A stretch of DNA of 64,000 bases from an uncultured Bacillota bacterium (GCA_900551705.1 URWY01000002.1:18053-82052); one strand, 5' to 3'. Positions 1-9,902 are shown, counted from the first letter of the stretch. Numbers and translations: made by a program. The notes: generated from the sequence alone by a model not told the origin.

Positions 1-1746
1 CATTTCTCCAAGACCTTTATATCTTTGAATTTGATAACCTTTTCCAATACGCTTGATTGCGTCTGGAAGTTCAGCGTCTGAATAGACATATTCGATCGTG
101 TCTTTCTTGTAAACCTTGTAAAGTGGTGGCAATCCAATATAAACGCAGCCTTCGTTGATTAACGCTCTCATATATCTGAAAAAGAATGTAAGCAAGATTG
201 CACGAATATGCGCACCATCTTGGTCAGCATCGGATAAAATGATAACTTTTCTATATCTCAAATTGTCAACATTGAAATCTTCGCCGATTCCCGCTTCAAG
301 TGCAGAAATAATTGTTCTGATTTCTTCATTTGCCAAAACTTGATCTAAACGCTTTTTCTCTGCATTTAAAGGTTTACCTTTAAGCGGCAAAATGGCTTGA
401 AAGTTTCTATCTCTGCCTTGTTTTGCACTGCCACCAGCAGAATCGCCCTCAACGATAAATAATTCAGAAAGTTCTGGCTTTCGACTTGTGCAAACTGCAA
501 GTTTGCCCACCAAGTTGTATTTGTCAACGCTATTTTTTTGCCTTGTAAGTTCTTTTGCTTTTCTTGACGCTTCCCTAGTTTTTGCAGCGCCTTTTGCTTT
601 GTTGATGATTGCTTCAAAAGTTGCATTGTTTTCTTTTTTATCAAAGAATTTAATAAGTTCATTATATGCAAGGTTTTCCATATCAACACGGGCTTCTGGA
701 TTTCCGAGTTTAGTTTTTGTTTGACCTTCAAACTGAATGTTACGCATTTTAATTGCGATAACCGCAGTCATGCCTTCTCTGAAATCTTCACCCATCAAGT
801 TTTGCTCTTTTTCTTTTAAAAAGCCTTCGCGTCTTGCAATTTCGTTCATTGCACGAGTGAGTGCAGATTTAAAGCCTGTTTCGTGTGTTCCACCTTCTGT
901 TGTTGGAATATTGTTAACATACGAGAATGTGTTTTCTGTGTAAGAATCAGTGTGTTGAATTGCAACTTCCATTTTTAAAACTTTGCTTTCGCCACTAATA
1001 AAAATTGGATCTTTATACAAAGCAGTTTTGCTTTCGTTTAAATACTTAACAAAGTCTACAATTCCGCCTTCATAGCAATACATCTGTTTGATGTTTGCTC
1101 TTTCATCCACAAATTCGATAAAAATCCCTTTGTTTAAAAGTGCAAGTTCTTTCAAACGCTTCATAATTGTTTCGGCATTAAAATTTACGCTTTCAAAAAC
1201 GCGTTTATCAGGCATAAATGTAACTTTTGTTCCGCTTTTTGCTGTGTCTCCCAAACAAATAAGTGGCGATGTTGGAATTCCGCTTTTTATTTTTCCATTT
1301 ACAATGGGTGAAGCAAAATCCATTTCGTATTTCTTTTTATCTTTACAAACAACAACTTTAAGCCACTCAGACAATGCGTTTGTAACCGATGCCCCAACGC
1401 CGTGAAGACCACCAGAATAACCATAATTTTCGTTGTTAAACTTGCCCCCTGCATGTAACTGTGTGAAAACAACTTCCACACCAGATTTTTTAAGTGTCGG
1501 GTGCTCGTCAACTGGAACGCCACGGCCATTATCTTCCACGCTTGCGCTTCCGTCTTTATGAAGAGTAACTGTCATTTTATTGCCATAGCCGTTTGTGATT
1601 TCGTCTATTGCGTTGTCCACAATTTCCCATAATATATGGTGCAAACCTTTAATTCCTGTTGTTCCGATATACATACCAGGACGCATTCTAACCGCGTCTA
1701 AACCTTCAAGAACAACAATATCTTTTGAGTCATAACTTTTTGCCAT
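1..1746 (-). CDS. gyrB: Type IIA topoisomerase B subunit (DNA gyrase subunit B; parE not excluded); C-terminus runs off the window
   Basis: Absent from the ORF track because it is cut by the window edge. My minus-strand translation from ATG 1746 gives MAKSYDSKDIVVLEGLDAVRMRPGMYIGTTG, and bases 39-1 give GYQIQRYKGLGEM. Both are GyrB/ParE hallmarks, and 1746 nt is in frame. Confidence 0.85.
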   Translation of the reverse strand, partial: MAKSYDSKDIVVLEGLDAVRMRPGMYIGTTGIKGLHHILWEIVDNAIDEITNGYGNKMTVTLHKDGSASVEDNGRGVPVDEHPTLKKSGVEVVFTQLHAGGKFNNENYGYSGGLHGVGASVTNALSEWLKVVVCKDKKKYEMDFASPIVNGKIKSGIPTSPLICLGDTAKSGTKVTFMPDKRVFESVNFNAETIMKRLKELALLNKGIFIEFVDERANIKQMYCYEGGIVDFVKYLNESKTALYKDPIFISGESKVLKMEVAIQHTDSYTENTFSYVNNIPTTEGGTHETGFKSALTRAMNEIARREGFLKEKEQNLMGEDFREGMTAVIAIKMRNIQFEGQTKTKLGNPEARVDMENLAYNELIKFFDKKENNATFEAIINKAKGAAKTREASRKAKELTRQKNSVDKYNLVGKLAVCTSRKPELSELFIVEGDSAGGSAKQGRDRNFQAILPLKGKPLNAEKKRLDQVLANEEIRTIISALEAGIGEDFNVDNLRYRKVIILSDADQDGAHIRAILLTFFFRYMRALINEGCVYIGLPPLYKVYKKDTIEYVYSDAELPDAIKRIGKGYQIQRYKGLGEM

Positions 1747-1901
1747 AATTTCTCCGCTTGTTATTTTTCCTACAAAATAAGGTATCACAAATATAAAAAA
1801 ATAACAACAAATTTTTTAAAATTGCCGTAAATAAAAATTGATTGCAATTTGAATAAATATTTAAAAGAAGGAAAATATAATTTGTAAAGCGAGGAAACAA
1901 A

Positions 1902-2675
1902 ATGGCAAATAAAGTGGCTGTCACAGGCGTTAACACGGCTAAACTGCCAAAACTTTCAAACAACGATTTAATGGCTTTATTAAAAAAAGTCAAGGAAGGT
2001 GACGAATTAGCGCGTGACGAATTTTTGCTTGCCAATATGAGATTGGTTCTTAGCGTTGTTCAAAGATTTGGTGGCAAAAAGGACAAAGCAGACGACATGT
2101 TTCAAGTTGGCTGCGTGGGACTTATTAAAGCCATGAATAATTTTAACATGGACTTAAATGTTAGATTTTCAACTTACGCCGTTCCAATGATTATCGGCGA
2201 AATTAGAAGATTTCTGCGTGACAACAACTCAATCAGAGTTAGCCGAAGTCTTCGCGATACCGCTTACCGCGCATTGCAGTCAAGACAAAAATTAAGTTCG
2301 TCTGGCGACTATGAACCAACGATTGATGAAATCGCTGCTGACATGAATGAAGACATTAAAGATGTTGCATTTGCTCTTGATGCAATTTCAGACACAATTT
2401 CACTTTCTGAACCAGTTTTTAGCAACGGCTCTGAAACAGTTAGAATTATGGATCAAGTTGCCGACACCAAAAACGACATTGATTCCCTTTTGGAACGCTT
2501 TGCTCTTAACGAAGCAATAAACAAATTAAACCCAAAAGAACGCAAGATTTTGATGATGAGATATTATATTGGAAAAACGCAAATTGAAGTTTCCGAAGAA
2601 GTTGGAATTTCTCAAGCGCAAGTATCAAGGCTAGAAAAAAACGCACTTGAACATATAAGAAAAAAAATAACTTGA
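1902..2675 (+). CDS. sigG: Forespore RNA polymerase sigma factor SigG
   Basis: KVAVTGVNTAKLPKL..NMRLVLSVVQRF..FQVGCVGLIKAMNNF..FSTYAVPMIIGEIRRFLRDNNSIRVSRSLRD matches the SigG/SigF family, closest to SigG. RBS GAGGAA lies upstream. Confidence 0.85.
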   Translation: MANKVAVTGVNTAKLPKLSNNDLMALLKKVKEGDELARDEFLLANMRLVLSVVQRFGGKKDKADDMFQVGCVGLIKAMNNFNMDLNVRFSTYAVPMIIGEIRRFLRDNNSIRVSRSLRDTAYRALQSRQKLSSSGDYEPTIDEIAADMNEDIKDVAFALDAISDTISLSEPVFSNGSETVRIMDQVADTKNDIDSLLERFALNEAINKLNPKERKILMMRYYIGKTQIEVSEEVGISQAQVSRLEKNALEHIRKKIT

Positions 2676-2769
2676 AAAATAGTTATTTTTTTTGTTTTTT
2701 ATTTAATTTATTTTTGTAATTTTTATTTAATTTATTTTTTAATTATTTTTTTTAATTATTTTGTTTAAA

Positions 2770-3288
2770 TTATTTATTAAAATATTTTTTGATTATTTTT
2801 GGACAAGCAATTAAAAACCAATAAGAATATTTTTGCGGATTTTTTTCCAAGTCTTGTGCAAGGTCTTCTAAGTTCACCCACTTCACCTTTTCAACTTCGT
2901 CAGGATTGAATTTGATAAGAGAATTGGACTGCGCCGTGAAAACATTATCATATTCATACTCAATCAAATTGTTATCAAATTTATTTCTATAAATAAACGG
3001 AAACTCAAAGTTTAAGTTTTCAATTTCAATGCCTAATTCATCAAAAGTTTTTCGTTTTATGTTTTCAAAAATATTTTCTTCAAGTTGCGGATGTGAGCAA
3101 CAAGCATTTGACCAAAGACCGCCCGAATGATATTTATTTTTTGCTCGTTTTTGAATTAGCATTTGATTGTCTTTTAAAATAAAAACAGAATATGCTTCAT
3201 GAAGCACGCCTTTTTTATGCGCTTCAAGTTTTTCCATTTCACCCTTTTTATTTCCAAAAATATCAACTATAACAACCTTATTATTCAT
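2770..3288 (-). CDS. idi: Isopentenyl-diphosphate delta-isomerase, type 1 (Nudix fold)
   Basis: GVLHEAYSVFI..LIQKRAKNKYHSGGLWSNACCSHPQ resembles the type 1 IDI core containing the catalytic Cys. Confidence 0.7.
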   Translation of the reverse strand: MNNKVVIVDIFGNKKGEMEKLEAHKKGVLHEAYSVFILKDNQMLIQKRAKNKYHSGGLWSNACCSHPQLEENIFENIKRKTFDELGIEIENLNFEFPFIYRNKFDNNLIEYEYDNVFTAQSNSLIKFNPDEVEKVKWVNLEDLAQDLEKNPQKYSYWFLIACPKIIKKYFNK

Positions 3289-3309
3289 GAAATTCCCCCC
3301 GCCCCAATT

Positions 3310-4029
3310 TTATGATGATTTAAGCAAATCTTTCTTCAATCTATCCAAAATTTTCTTTTCAATTCGACTTATGTAACTCTGTGAAATGCCCATCATATCG
3401 GCAACTTCCTTTTGCGTTCGCTCTTCTTTACCTGCAAGACCAAAACGCAAAATCATGATTTCTTGTTCTCTCTCATTTAGCCTTTTTATCGCTTCCCAAA
3501 GCAGTTGTTTTTCAACTGATAAATCCAAGTTTTTAGATACGCTATCTTCTTCGGTATATAAAACATCTGAAAGCAAAAGTTCGTTGCCGTCCGAGTCAAA
3601 GTTTAAAGGTTCGTCAATACTAACTTCCGCTTTTGTTCTCGACACTTTTCTAAGTTGCATCAAAATTTCATTTTCAATGCACCTGCTCGCATAGGTGGCT
3701 AGTTTTATATTTTTGTCAAACTTATATGTTTGCACCGCTTTGATAAGTCCAATCGCTCCAATGGAAATTAAATCTTCAAGTTCAAGACCTGTGCTTTCAA
3801 ACTTTTTTGCTATGTAAACAACAAGCCTTAAATTATGCTCAACAAGCCTAACTTTTGCATTTTCATTCCCTTTGTTCATTTCTTCAATCAAAATTTTTTC
3901 TTCTTCACTATCAAGCGGATTTGGTAACGCTTCATTTCCGCATATATAGCAAACAATATCTTGAATATCTAAAAAATTAATTCCCCTAGAAAATATTTTT
4001 AATAATTTTTTTATTAATTTTTTAATCAT
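3310..4029 (-). CDS. sigE: Pro-sigma-E (mother-cell sporulation sigma factor)
   Basis: Pro-sequence followed by [60 protein letters not shown]. It sits directly downstream of spoIIGA. Confidence 0.9.
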   Translation of the reverse strand: MIKKLIKKLLKIFSRGINFLDIQDIVCYICGNEALPNPLDSEEEKILIEEMNKGNENAKVRLVEHNLRLVVYIAKKFESTGLELEDLISIGAIGLIKAVQTYKFDKNIKLATYASRCIENEILMQLRKVSRTKAEVSIDEPLNFDSDGNELLLSDVLYTEEDSVSKNLDLSVEKQLLWEAIKRLNEREQEIMILRFGLAGKEERTQKEVADMMGISQSYISRIEKKILDRLKKDLLKSS

Positions 4030-4082
4030 TTTTTTCTCCTTTTTTTGTTTTTTATTTTTTATTTTTTATTTTTTAATATTTT

Positions 4083-4928
4083 TTAAATTAAATTTGGACT
4101 AATTAAAGCGTCACAATTAAAATTGTTTTTAAAGTTTACAAATGATAATCCTATCGCTGCATTTTCCTTTTTTAGTCTATTTTTCACCAAGTCGACTTCA
4201 ATTTTGTCAACGCTAAAAACAAGCATTTTTTGACTAGTTTTGTTAATTGTTTTGTAGTCTATGTAATGAGCATTTGAAAGCGAAGCCGTATCTTTTGCAA
4301 GCAGTTTTTCCATTGGCAATTTAAAAATTTTATTAAATGTTTCAAAATTTATTATTATCACCGATTGATTAGTTATTGGGTCAATTAGGTTGTGCGCGCT
4401 ATCCAAATATGCGGCAATTTTATAAGTTTTATCTTTATAAAAAATCTTCATTTCGTAAACAAATTTTTTGGTCTTCTGCTTTTTTATGATGTAGTTTATC
4501 ACGCCAATAGTCACATAACAGTAACACGCAACAATGCCCACAATAAGCCCAACTGGAAAGTTTTTTGAGTAAGACAAATTCATAATTTCCAGGCTGCCAT
4601 AAGCGAGATATGAAATCATAAAAGTTATTCCACCAAATAACGCTGTTGCAGATAAAAAAGTCAAAAAATGAAGCAAAAAAGATTTTAAATTCTTTGTTTT
4701 ATAAGCAATTAACACCATGATAACACCTACCAAAAGTTTTAAAATTATCATGAGATAGCCAGGCAGATTTAATAGTGGAAATACAAACGACATCGCCGTT
4801 CCAAAGGTATTTGCAATCAAAATTCGCCACCAAATGAACCTGCTTGCAAGAACTTTTGCAGATAAAAAAAGAATTAGAAAATTAATCACCAAATTGTCTA
4901 TAAGAACATATTCAATAACAATTTCCAC
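4083..4928 (-). CDS. spoIIGA: Sigma-E processing peptidase SpoIIGA
   Basis: N-terminal polytopic membrane domain (MEIVIEYVLIDNLVINFLIL...) and a C-terminal domain with LDSAHNLIDPITNQSVIII. GTG start; immediately upstream of sigE. Confidence 0.8.
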   Translation of the reverse strand: MEIVIEYVLIDNLVINFLILFLSAKVLASRFIWWRILIANTFGTAMSFVFPLLNLPGYLMIILKLLVGVIMVLIAYKTKNLKSFLLHFLTFLSATALFGGITFMISYLAYGSLEIMNLSYSKNFPVGLIVGIVACYCYVTIGVINYIIKKQKTKKFVYEMKIFYKDKTYKIAAYLDSAHNLIDPITNQSVIIINFETFNKIFKLPMEKLLAKDTASLSNAHYIDYKTINKTSQKMLVFSVDKIEVDLVKNRLKKENAAIGLSFVNFKNNFNCDALISPNLI

Positions 4929-4966
4929 AAGTCAATTATATATTGCATCATAAATTTGAATAACAT

Positions 4967-4998
4967 AAAAAAAACGACTAAACTGCAAAATTTAGTCG
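4967..4998 (-). terminator. Rho-independent terminator after ogg
   Basis: CGACTAAA (4975-4982) pairs with TTTAGTCG (4991-4998). The plus-strand A-run at 4967-4974 is a T-run on the minus strand. Confidence 0.7.
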
Positions 4999-5005
4999 AA
5001 AAAAG

Positions 5006-5866
5006 TTAAATATGATTGTTTTCTCTTTTTGAGTAAAACAAATACTGCTGAGCGTAGCCTGAATTTGTGCCATACCTTGCAATTAAATTGTCTCCAATCT
5101 GATTTGCGTTCAATTTGTTTTCCCCGAAAATGTCTTGATAAATTTTTTTAATCCATGTGTCGACTGGAAAAACATCTTTTTTGCCATAGCCGAAAAGCAA
5201 TATGCACTCCGCAACTTTTCTGCCCACTCCTTTCAATTTAAGAAGTTCGTTTAATAAAACTTTCGTTTCAATGCTGCTTGCTTTTTCAAATGAATAATCG
5301 TTTAAAAAATCATTCAATTTAGAAATTGTATATGTAAGATACGGCGCTCTATAACCTGCTCCAACACTTTTGAAAAAACTTTCGTCCAGCGTTGAAAGTT
5401 CTTCAAGCGAAGGAAAAGCATAAATTTCAGCACCGCAAGAATTTTCTATCTTTTTATTAAAGTGAAGCCTTATTTTATCAAGCGTGCCAGTTATACGCTT
5501 AATGTTATTGTTAGCGGAAATCATAAAACTGATTATAGTTTCTAATAGGTCTTGTTTTAAAATCCTAATACCGCCGCCAAAAGACAAAGGAAATTCCAAT
5601 TCTTTATAGCCAGCAAGTTGGTTTTTAATGTCTTTATAATCTGTTGTTAAATCAAAAAATTTTTCAAAATACTGAGTGTCATTCGTTTTAATTTCGTAGC
5701 CATAGTCTGTTTGATTAACCACGCAACACTTATCTTGTGGATATACCAAATAACTTTCGCCAACTTTTTTATAGCAAAAAACTTGCCCACATTCTAAAAT
5801 ATGTTTTGGGCAAAATTCTTCGCTTTCATAAATTTCAATTCTATCGTTAAACTTCTGATATTTCAC
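5006..5866 (-). CDS. ogg: 8-oxoguanine DNA glycosylase / AP lyase (HhH-GPD family)
   Basis: LKGVGRKVAECILLFGYGKKDVFPVDTWIKKI is the HhH-GPD motif with the Lys/Asp pair. Confidence 0.75.
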   Translation of the reverse strand: MKYQKFNDRIEIYESEEFCPKHILECGQVFCYKKVGESYLVYPQDKCCVVNQTDYGYEIKTNDTQYFEKFFDLTTDYKDIKNQLAGYKELEFPLSFGGGIRILKQDLLETIISFMISANNNIKRITGTLDKIRLHFNKKIENSCGAEIYAFPSLEELSTLDESFFKSVGAGYRAPYLTYTISKLNDFLNDYSFEKASSIETKVLLNELLKLKGVGRKVAECILLFGYGKKDVFPVDTWIKKIYQDIFGENKLNANQIGDNLIARYGTNSGYAQQYLFYSKRENNHI

Positions 5867-5902
5867 AAATACATTATATCAGATTTTTTAAATATTTCAA
5901 CA

Positions 5903-6298
5903 TTATAACGCTTTTAAATTTTCCTTAAAATACCTATCGCGCATTTCAAGGTATTTGTCTTTCATATTCATAATGTATCTGTCGCGTTCAAAACTGTTCA
6001 TATTTTCAAGTTTTGATTTGTCAACAATTTTCCCAATCGGATTTGTAATGTCAACATTTTCATTCAAAATTTCCTTAACTTTGTTATATAACTTCTCATC
6101 TTCGGTGTCAGAAAGCACAACTAATTTGTAATCTGCCACAATTCCACCCTCATAAACTTTGAATACTGAACTATATCTTTCTGGCTGTTTGTAGCCGCCT
6201 GATGATAGCCTTTCTTTTGCTTGCCTTGCAAGTCTCCTAAGTGCATCGTTTTTTTGATTTCTCTCCATATTCATCCTCCATCGCTCTGTTTGAGCCAA
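5903..6298 (-). CDS. Hypothetical protein (start may be the internal MNMERNQ)
   Basis: ORF of 131 aa with a charged composition and no recognisable motif. Confidence 0.55.
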   Translation of the reverse strand: MAQTERWRMNMERNQKNDALRRLARQAKERLSSGGYKQPERYSSVFKVYEGGIVADYKLVVLSDTEDEKLYNKVKEILNENVDITNPIGKIVDKSKLENMNSFERDRYIMNMKDKYLEMRDRYFKENLKAL

Positions 6299-6476
6299 TG
6301 CGAGTATAAAATAATTAAATGAGCCAAAAAGTGGGAAAATATCGTGATTTTTAGGGCTTTATAGCAGGTTTTGTCGGAAATAAAAAATTTGCCAATTAAA
6401 TCGACAAATTAACAAAAATATAACAAATTATTTGTGGAAATAATGCGACATTAAACGCGAAAGTTCGCCCTTATTA

Positions 6477-6893
6477 TTACATTAAACTTAAAAAAGTCTT
6501 GGAAATATAAGATGTGGCAAGAGTAACACCAAACGCTATTGCTGCCCCAACAATAAAAAATAAAAAATATCTAAATTTGACGCGTTTTCTAAATTTCTTT
6601 TCATCTTGTTCAACTTCAAACATTCTCCTTCCGCGTGGAAGTGGCGAAACACAAAATACTTGTTCATCGCCATATTTGACGGAAACATACTCACCGCTAG
6701 AAAGATAACCCATAAGTTGTGCAATGCCTTCGCTGTCAATTTTATACTTATGTGGCATAGCACGAATTAGGTCATCAACTTCTAAAACTTTGTATGACCC
6801 TTCCCTACATTCTTCGTTTACAATTCTGAGCAATGCTTCGCTTCGTTTGTCTAACATATCTTTATTATTTGCAATGCCCCGTTTTTTAAACAT
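6477..6893 (-). CDS. Hypothetical protein with a soluble N-terminal domain and one C-terminal TM helix
   Basis: ORF of 138 aa. The C-terminal FLFFIVGAAIAFGVTLATSYI segment is hydrophobic. Confidence 0.6.
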   Translation of the reverse strand: MFKKRGIANNKDMLDKRSEALLRIVNEECREGSYKVLEVDDLIRAMPHKYKIDSEGIAQLMGYLSSGEYVSVKYGDEQVFCVSPLPRGRRMFEVEQDEKKFRKRVKFRYFLFFIVGAAIAFGVTLATSYISKTFLSLM

Positions 6894-6929
6894 AAAAAAA
6901 CTCCGTAAATAACGGAGTTTAATTTAATT

Positions 6930-7577
6930 TTATAATGAATATTCTTCGTATGGAACATTCCTTTCACGCAATACACTTTCAGCAGCTTCTGATTTTATTT
7001 GGTGTTTTGTTGAAAAATTATTTGCCATCTTATAAACTGCCATATTAAATTTTCTTGATATTGCAATGCCAAATGCCATTGAGAACGAACCTAGTCCTGT
7101 CCAAATTCCACCAAAGTTTTTGCAAAATGTTGCTGGATCTCCACCTACTAATAAATCAGCCAAAAAGCCAGAATCTGATGCAATAGCGTCCATTATTAAT
7201 GGATTTTTTGTAAGCATTAATACTCCGCCCGCAAGGAACGCTGCTCCTGCAAGAACTAATACACCAACTCCAATTGATTTTATTGGGTGACATGCTTCTG
7301 CCATTTCTTCTGCTGGACCTGCAAATAAGTCGTGTATTCCAGACATAATCACTTGACTTTTATAAGCGTTTTTTACCATTTTTGTTGAAAGTTTAGAATA
7401 TTTCTTTTCGTATTTTTCTCTTTTTGCTTCATATTTTTTTGTGCTCTCGTCTTGGTAATCTGACATTTTGTCATAAAACTTTTGTTCTCTTTTTTGTGCT
7501 AATGTCATTTTCTTTTCTTCCATATAAGTTCCCTCCATATACATCAACATTATATGGCATGAAAACTCGCAAGTCAA
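6930..7577 (-). CDS. Hypothetical membrane protein (true start probably internal)
   Basis: Charged N-terminal region followed by hydrophobic segments (SIGVGVLVLAGAAFLAGGVLML; GIWTGLGSFSMAFGIAI). Confidence 0.55.
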   Translation of the reverse strand: MTCEFSCHIMLMYMEGTYMEEKKMTLAQKREQKFYDKMSDYQDESTKKYEAKREKYEKKYSKLSTKMVKNAYKSQVIMSGIHDLFAGPAEEMAEACHPIKSIGVGVLVLAGAAFLAGGVLMLTKNPLIMDAIASDSGFLADLLVGGDPATFCKNFGGIWTGLGSFSMAFGIAISRKFNMAVYKMANNFSTKHQIKSEAAESVLRERNVPYEEYSL

Positions 7578-7629
7578 TAGTTATAACATATCGAAATTTT
7601 ATACTTAAAATAGAGAGAATTTATAAATA

Positions 7630-9813
7630 TCATTTTGCACAAGACAAAATTGTGGATAAACAATAATCAAAATATCTTGCTGGAATACTGCCTGTTGTGA
7701 GCGCATCACCTGCTGAAAAATTGTATTTACCATTATTCTCAATGAGGTCAGAAAGTTTATAAAAACTAATTGTGCTAAGCACTGCATATTCTTGATTTCT
7801 AACAACTGGCCTATCCAAATTTACTATGCAAGCCAAGTTTAATTCTTTGTTTATATTGATGAAATTTGAAAAAGTATAATTGCCATTTTCAACATTTTTC
7901 ATAAAGCCAGAGTCTGCCATTTTTTCAACATAACTATCAATCAAAATAAACATTCCAGCAAAAGTTGAAAGTTCAGAAACTTGTGCGTTGAAATCCTTAA
8001 CATTATATCTTCCAAAATTAAATTGTTCAAAGAGTGGCTCGATTGGTGCGGAAAGCACGCTTTCAAAACGCTCATCTAAATCTAACGCATGAACAATTCC
8101 GATTTCAAATTCTGATGCGTTTTCTTCAACATTTAAAATATTGTCTTGTGTGAGTTTTACAAGATATTTTCTTTCGCCGTCTTTCATATAAAAGGCATTG
8201 TTTAACCTGTCAAACCTATATTCTCCAAACACAATATGTTCAAACAAGGTTTTGAAAGGTTCATTTTTGTTAAGGAAATCAAAATATTCACTTTTAAAGC
8301 GTCTATTGTTGATATATGCTCTAAACAACCTGCTTGATTGTTCTTCCATTGTCGTTTCGTCATTTTTGCCAATAGCCAAGAAATCTCCAACAACATCTTC
8401 ACCAAGACCAGATTTTTTAACAAGCATTGACATTAATTCGTCATGCCAATCTTCTTCCAAAATTTCGTTGGATTTAGGATCGTTGAAAAAGTCTAACGCT
8501 TCAATTTTGCCCGAATAGCACAAACATTCAACCAAATATTTAGCTTCTTTAACGCGCTTTTCATACATCAAAACAACTGCAAATTCTGCCAAGGCTTTTG
8601 CTTGATTTTCATCACACAAGAGTGCTGCCATTCTAACCGCCCACTTAGCAGATTTGATGTCGTCTTTCTTTTTCAAAACTTCAAAAACGCTTTGTGCATA
8701 ATTGTTCAAACTATCTTTGTCAAAAATATCATATAAATATTCAAGATTCTTTAAGTTATAAAGACCTTTGTCTTCCTTAAATAAATCAATTATATATGTG
8801 TAAGTTGCATTATCCGCTTTGACGCCACTTTTATATGTCAAATTGAGCCTATCAAATGGCAAGCCAAGAGTGCGCTCTTGTGGTTCTTTCACTTTTCTGC
8901 GAACAAGATACATAAATTGCTTTTCTGTCTTGTTAGAAACATTTTCAATTATATCTAACCTTTCAGCAATCTGATTTTTAATTTCAACATCTTCTTCTCT
9001 TTCGTAAATTTCTTTTAATCTTGAAATTGCTTCGGTGTCTGAACCAAAAATGAACAAAATTTGAATCAAATCTAACTTGCTTGCTGCGTTATCTAAAAGC
9101 CTTCTATCAAGTTCAAAGAATGTTTCGCGCTTATACTTTTTCAAAATATGGCCAATCCTATTCTCGTCTGAATTTTCACCAGAGATGAAATCGTCAACCA
9201 ACATTTTAATGCCGCGTGGCGTGTTAAAGTCTGTTATCATTGCCAAAATGCCATATTTTTGCTCTGGGTGCATTGCTAAATAGGAAATTGTCCATTCTTC
9301 GTTTTCGTTGAAAAATCTTTGCATAAACTCGATTGCTGGCCTTTTCCAAACAAAAAGCGAGTCTGACTTATCACTTTCAAAGGCAGACAAAACAAAAGGA
9401 AGATACAACTCCTTTTCAATTTCGCAATTTTTAACAATTTCAACAAATCTATCAAAATATTTTTCGTCAAAAGTGTATGCTTGCTTGTTGCTTACATATT
9501 TTATTTGTCCAATTTGACCAACAAACATTCTCTTAACAAAATGATAAAGTTCAATTTGCAAGTTGCAATGAAGCAACAATCTCACAAAATTTGAAAGTGC
9601 AAATATGTAATTTTTTAATTGAAATAAAAGATCCGAAAACTCAAAAATATTTTTTTCTCTTTCTTCTTGTGAAATCTCCTTAACTTTTACATTTGCAAGT
9701 TCGTTTAATTTAATTTGCCTTGAAATAAAACCTTCAAAGTCAAAACTGTCTTCAAAATCAAAAATCGTTTTTAATGCTTTCTCTATTTGGCTGATGTCGC
9801 GTAAAATTTCCAT
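7630..9813 (-). CDS. Large cytoplasmic hypothetical protein, possibly DUF4132-like at the C-terminus
   Basis: Uninterrupted 727-aa ORF. The C-terminal part (IVFGEYRFDRL..GIVHALDLDERFESVL..PLFEQFNFGRY) is reminiscent of DUF4132; this is from memory only. Confidence 0.75.
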   Translation of the reverse strand: MEILRDISQIEKALKTIFDFEDSFDFEGFISRQIKLNELANVKVKEISQEEREKNIFEFSDLLFQLKNYIFALSNFVRLLLHCNLQIELYHFVKRMFVGQIGQIKYVSNKQAYTFDEKYFDRFVEIVKNCEIEKELYLPFVLSAFESDKSDSLFVWKRPAIEFMQRFFNENEEWTISYLAMHPEQKYGILAMITDFNTPRGIKMLVDDFISGENSDENRIGHILKKYKRETFFELDRRLLDNAASKLDLIQILFIFGSDTEAISRLKEIYEREEDVEIKNQIAERLDIIENVSNKTEKQFMYLVRRKVKEPQERTLGLPFDRLNLTYKSGVKADNATYTYIIDLFKEDKGLYNLKNLEYLYDIFDKDSLNNYAQSVFEVLKKKDDIKSAKWAVRMAALLCDENQAKALAEFAVVLMYEKRVKEAKYLVECLCYSGKIEALDFFNDPKSNEILEEDWHDELMSMLVKKSGLGEDVVGDFLAIGKNDETTMEEQSSRLFRAYINNRRFKSEYFDFLNKNEPFKTLFEHIVFGEYRFDRLNNAFYMKDGERKYLVKLTQDNILNVEENASEFEIGIVHALDLDERFESVLSAPIEPLFEQFNFGRYNVKDFNAQVSELSTFAGMFILIDSYVEKMADSGFMKNVENGNYTFSNFININKELNLACIVNLDRPVVRNQEYAVLSTISFYKLSDLIENNGKYNFSAGDALTTGSIPARYFDYCLSTILSCAK

Positions 9814-9871
9814 GAAAAACTCCTATGCTTATACTTTAGCATAACTTTTTATATTTTCAAATTATATTTTT

Positions 9872-9895
9872 AAAAAAACTCTCGCTTGGAGAGTT
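9872..9895 (-). terminator. Terminator after the PucR-like gene
   Basis: AACTCTC (9877-9883) pairs with GAGAGTT (9889-9895). The T-run on the minus strand corresponds to 9872-9878. Confidence 0.65.
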
Positions 9896-9902
9896 GATTT
9901 TT

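Noticed and set aside
1851-1880. Possible forespore (sigma-F/G type) promoter for sigG: GAATA ... GGAAAATATA
   Set aside because: The spacer (14 nt) and the -10 match are imperfect, and such A/T-rich matches are expected by chance here. This is not enough support to call a feature.
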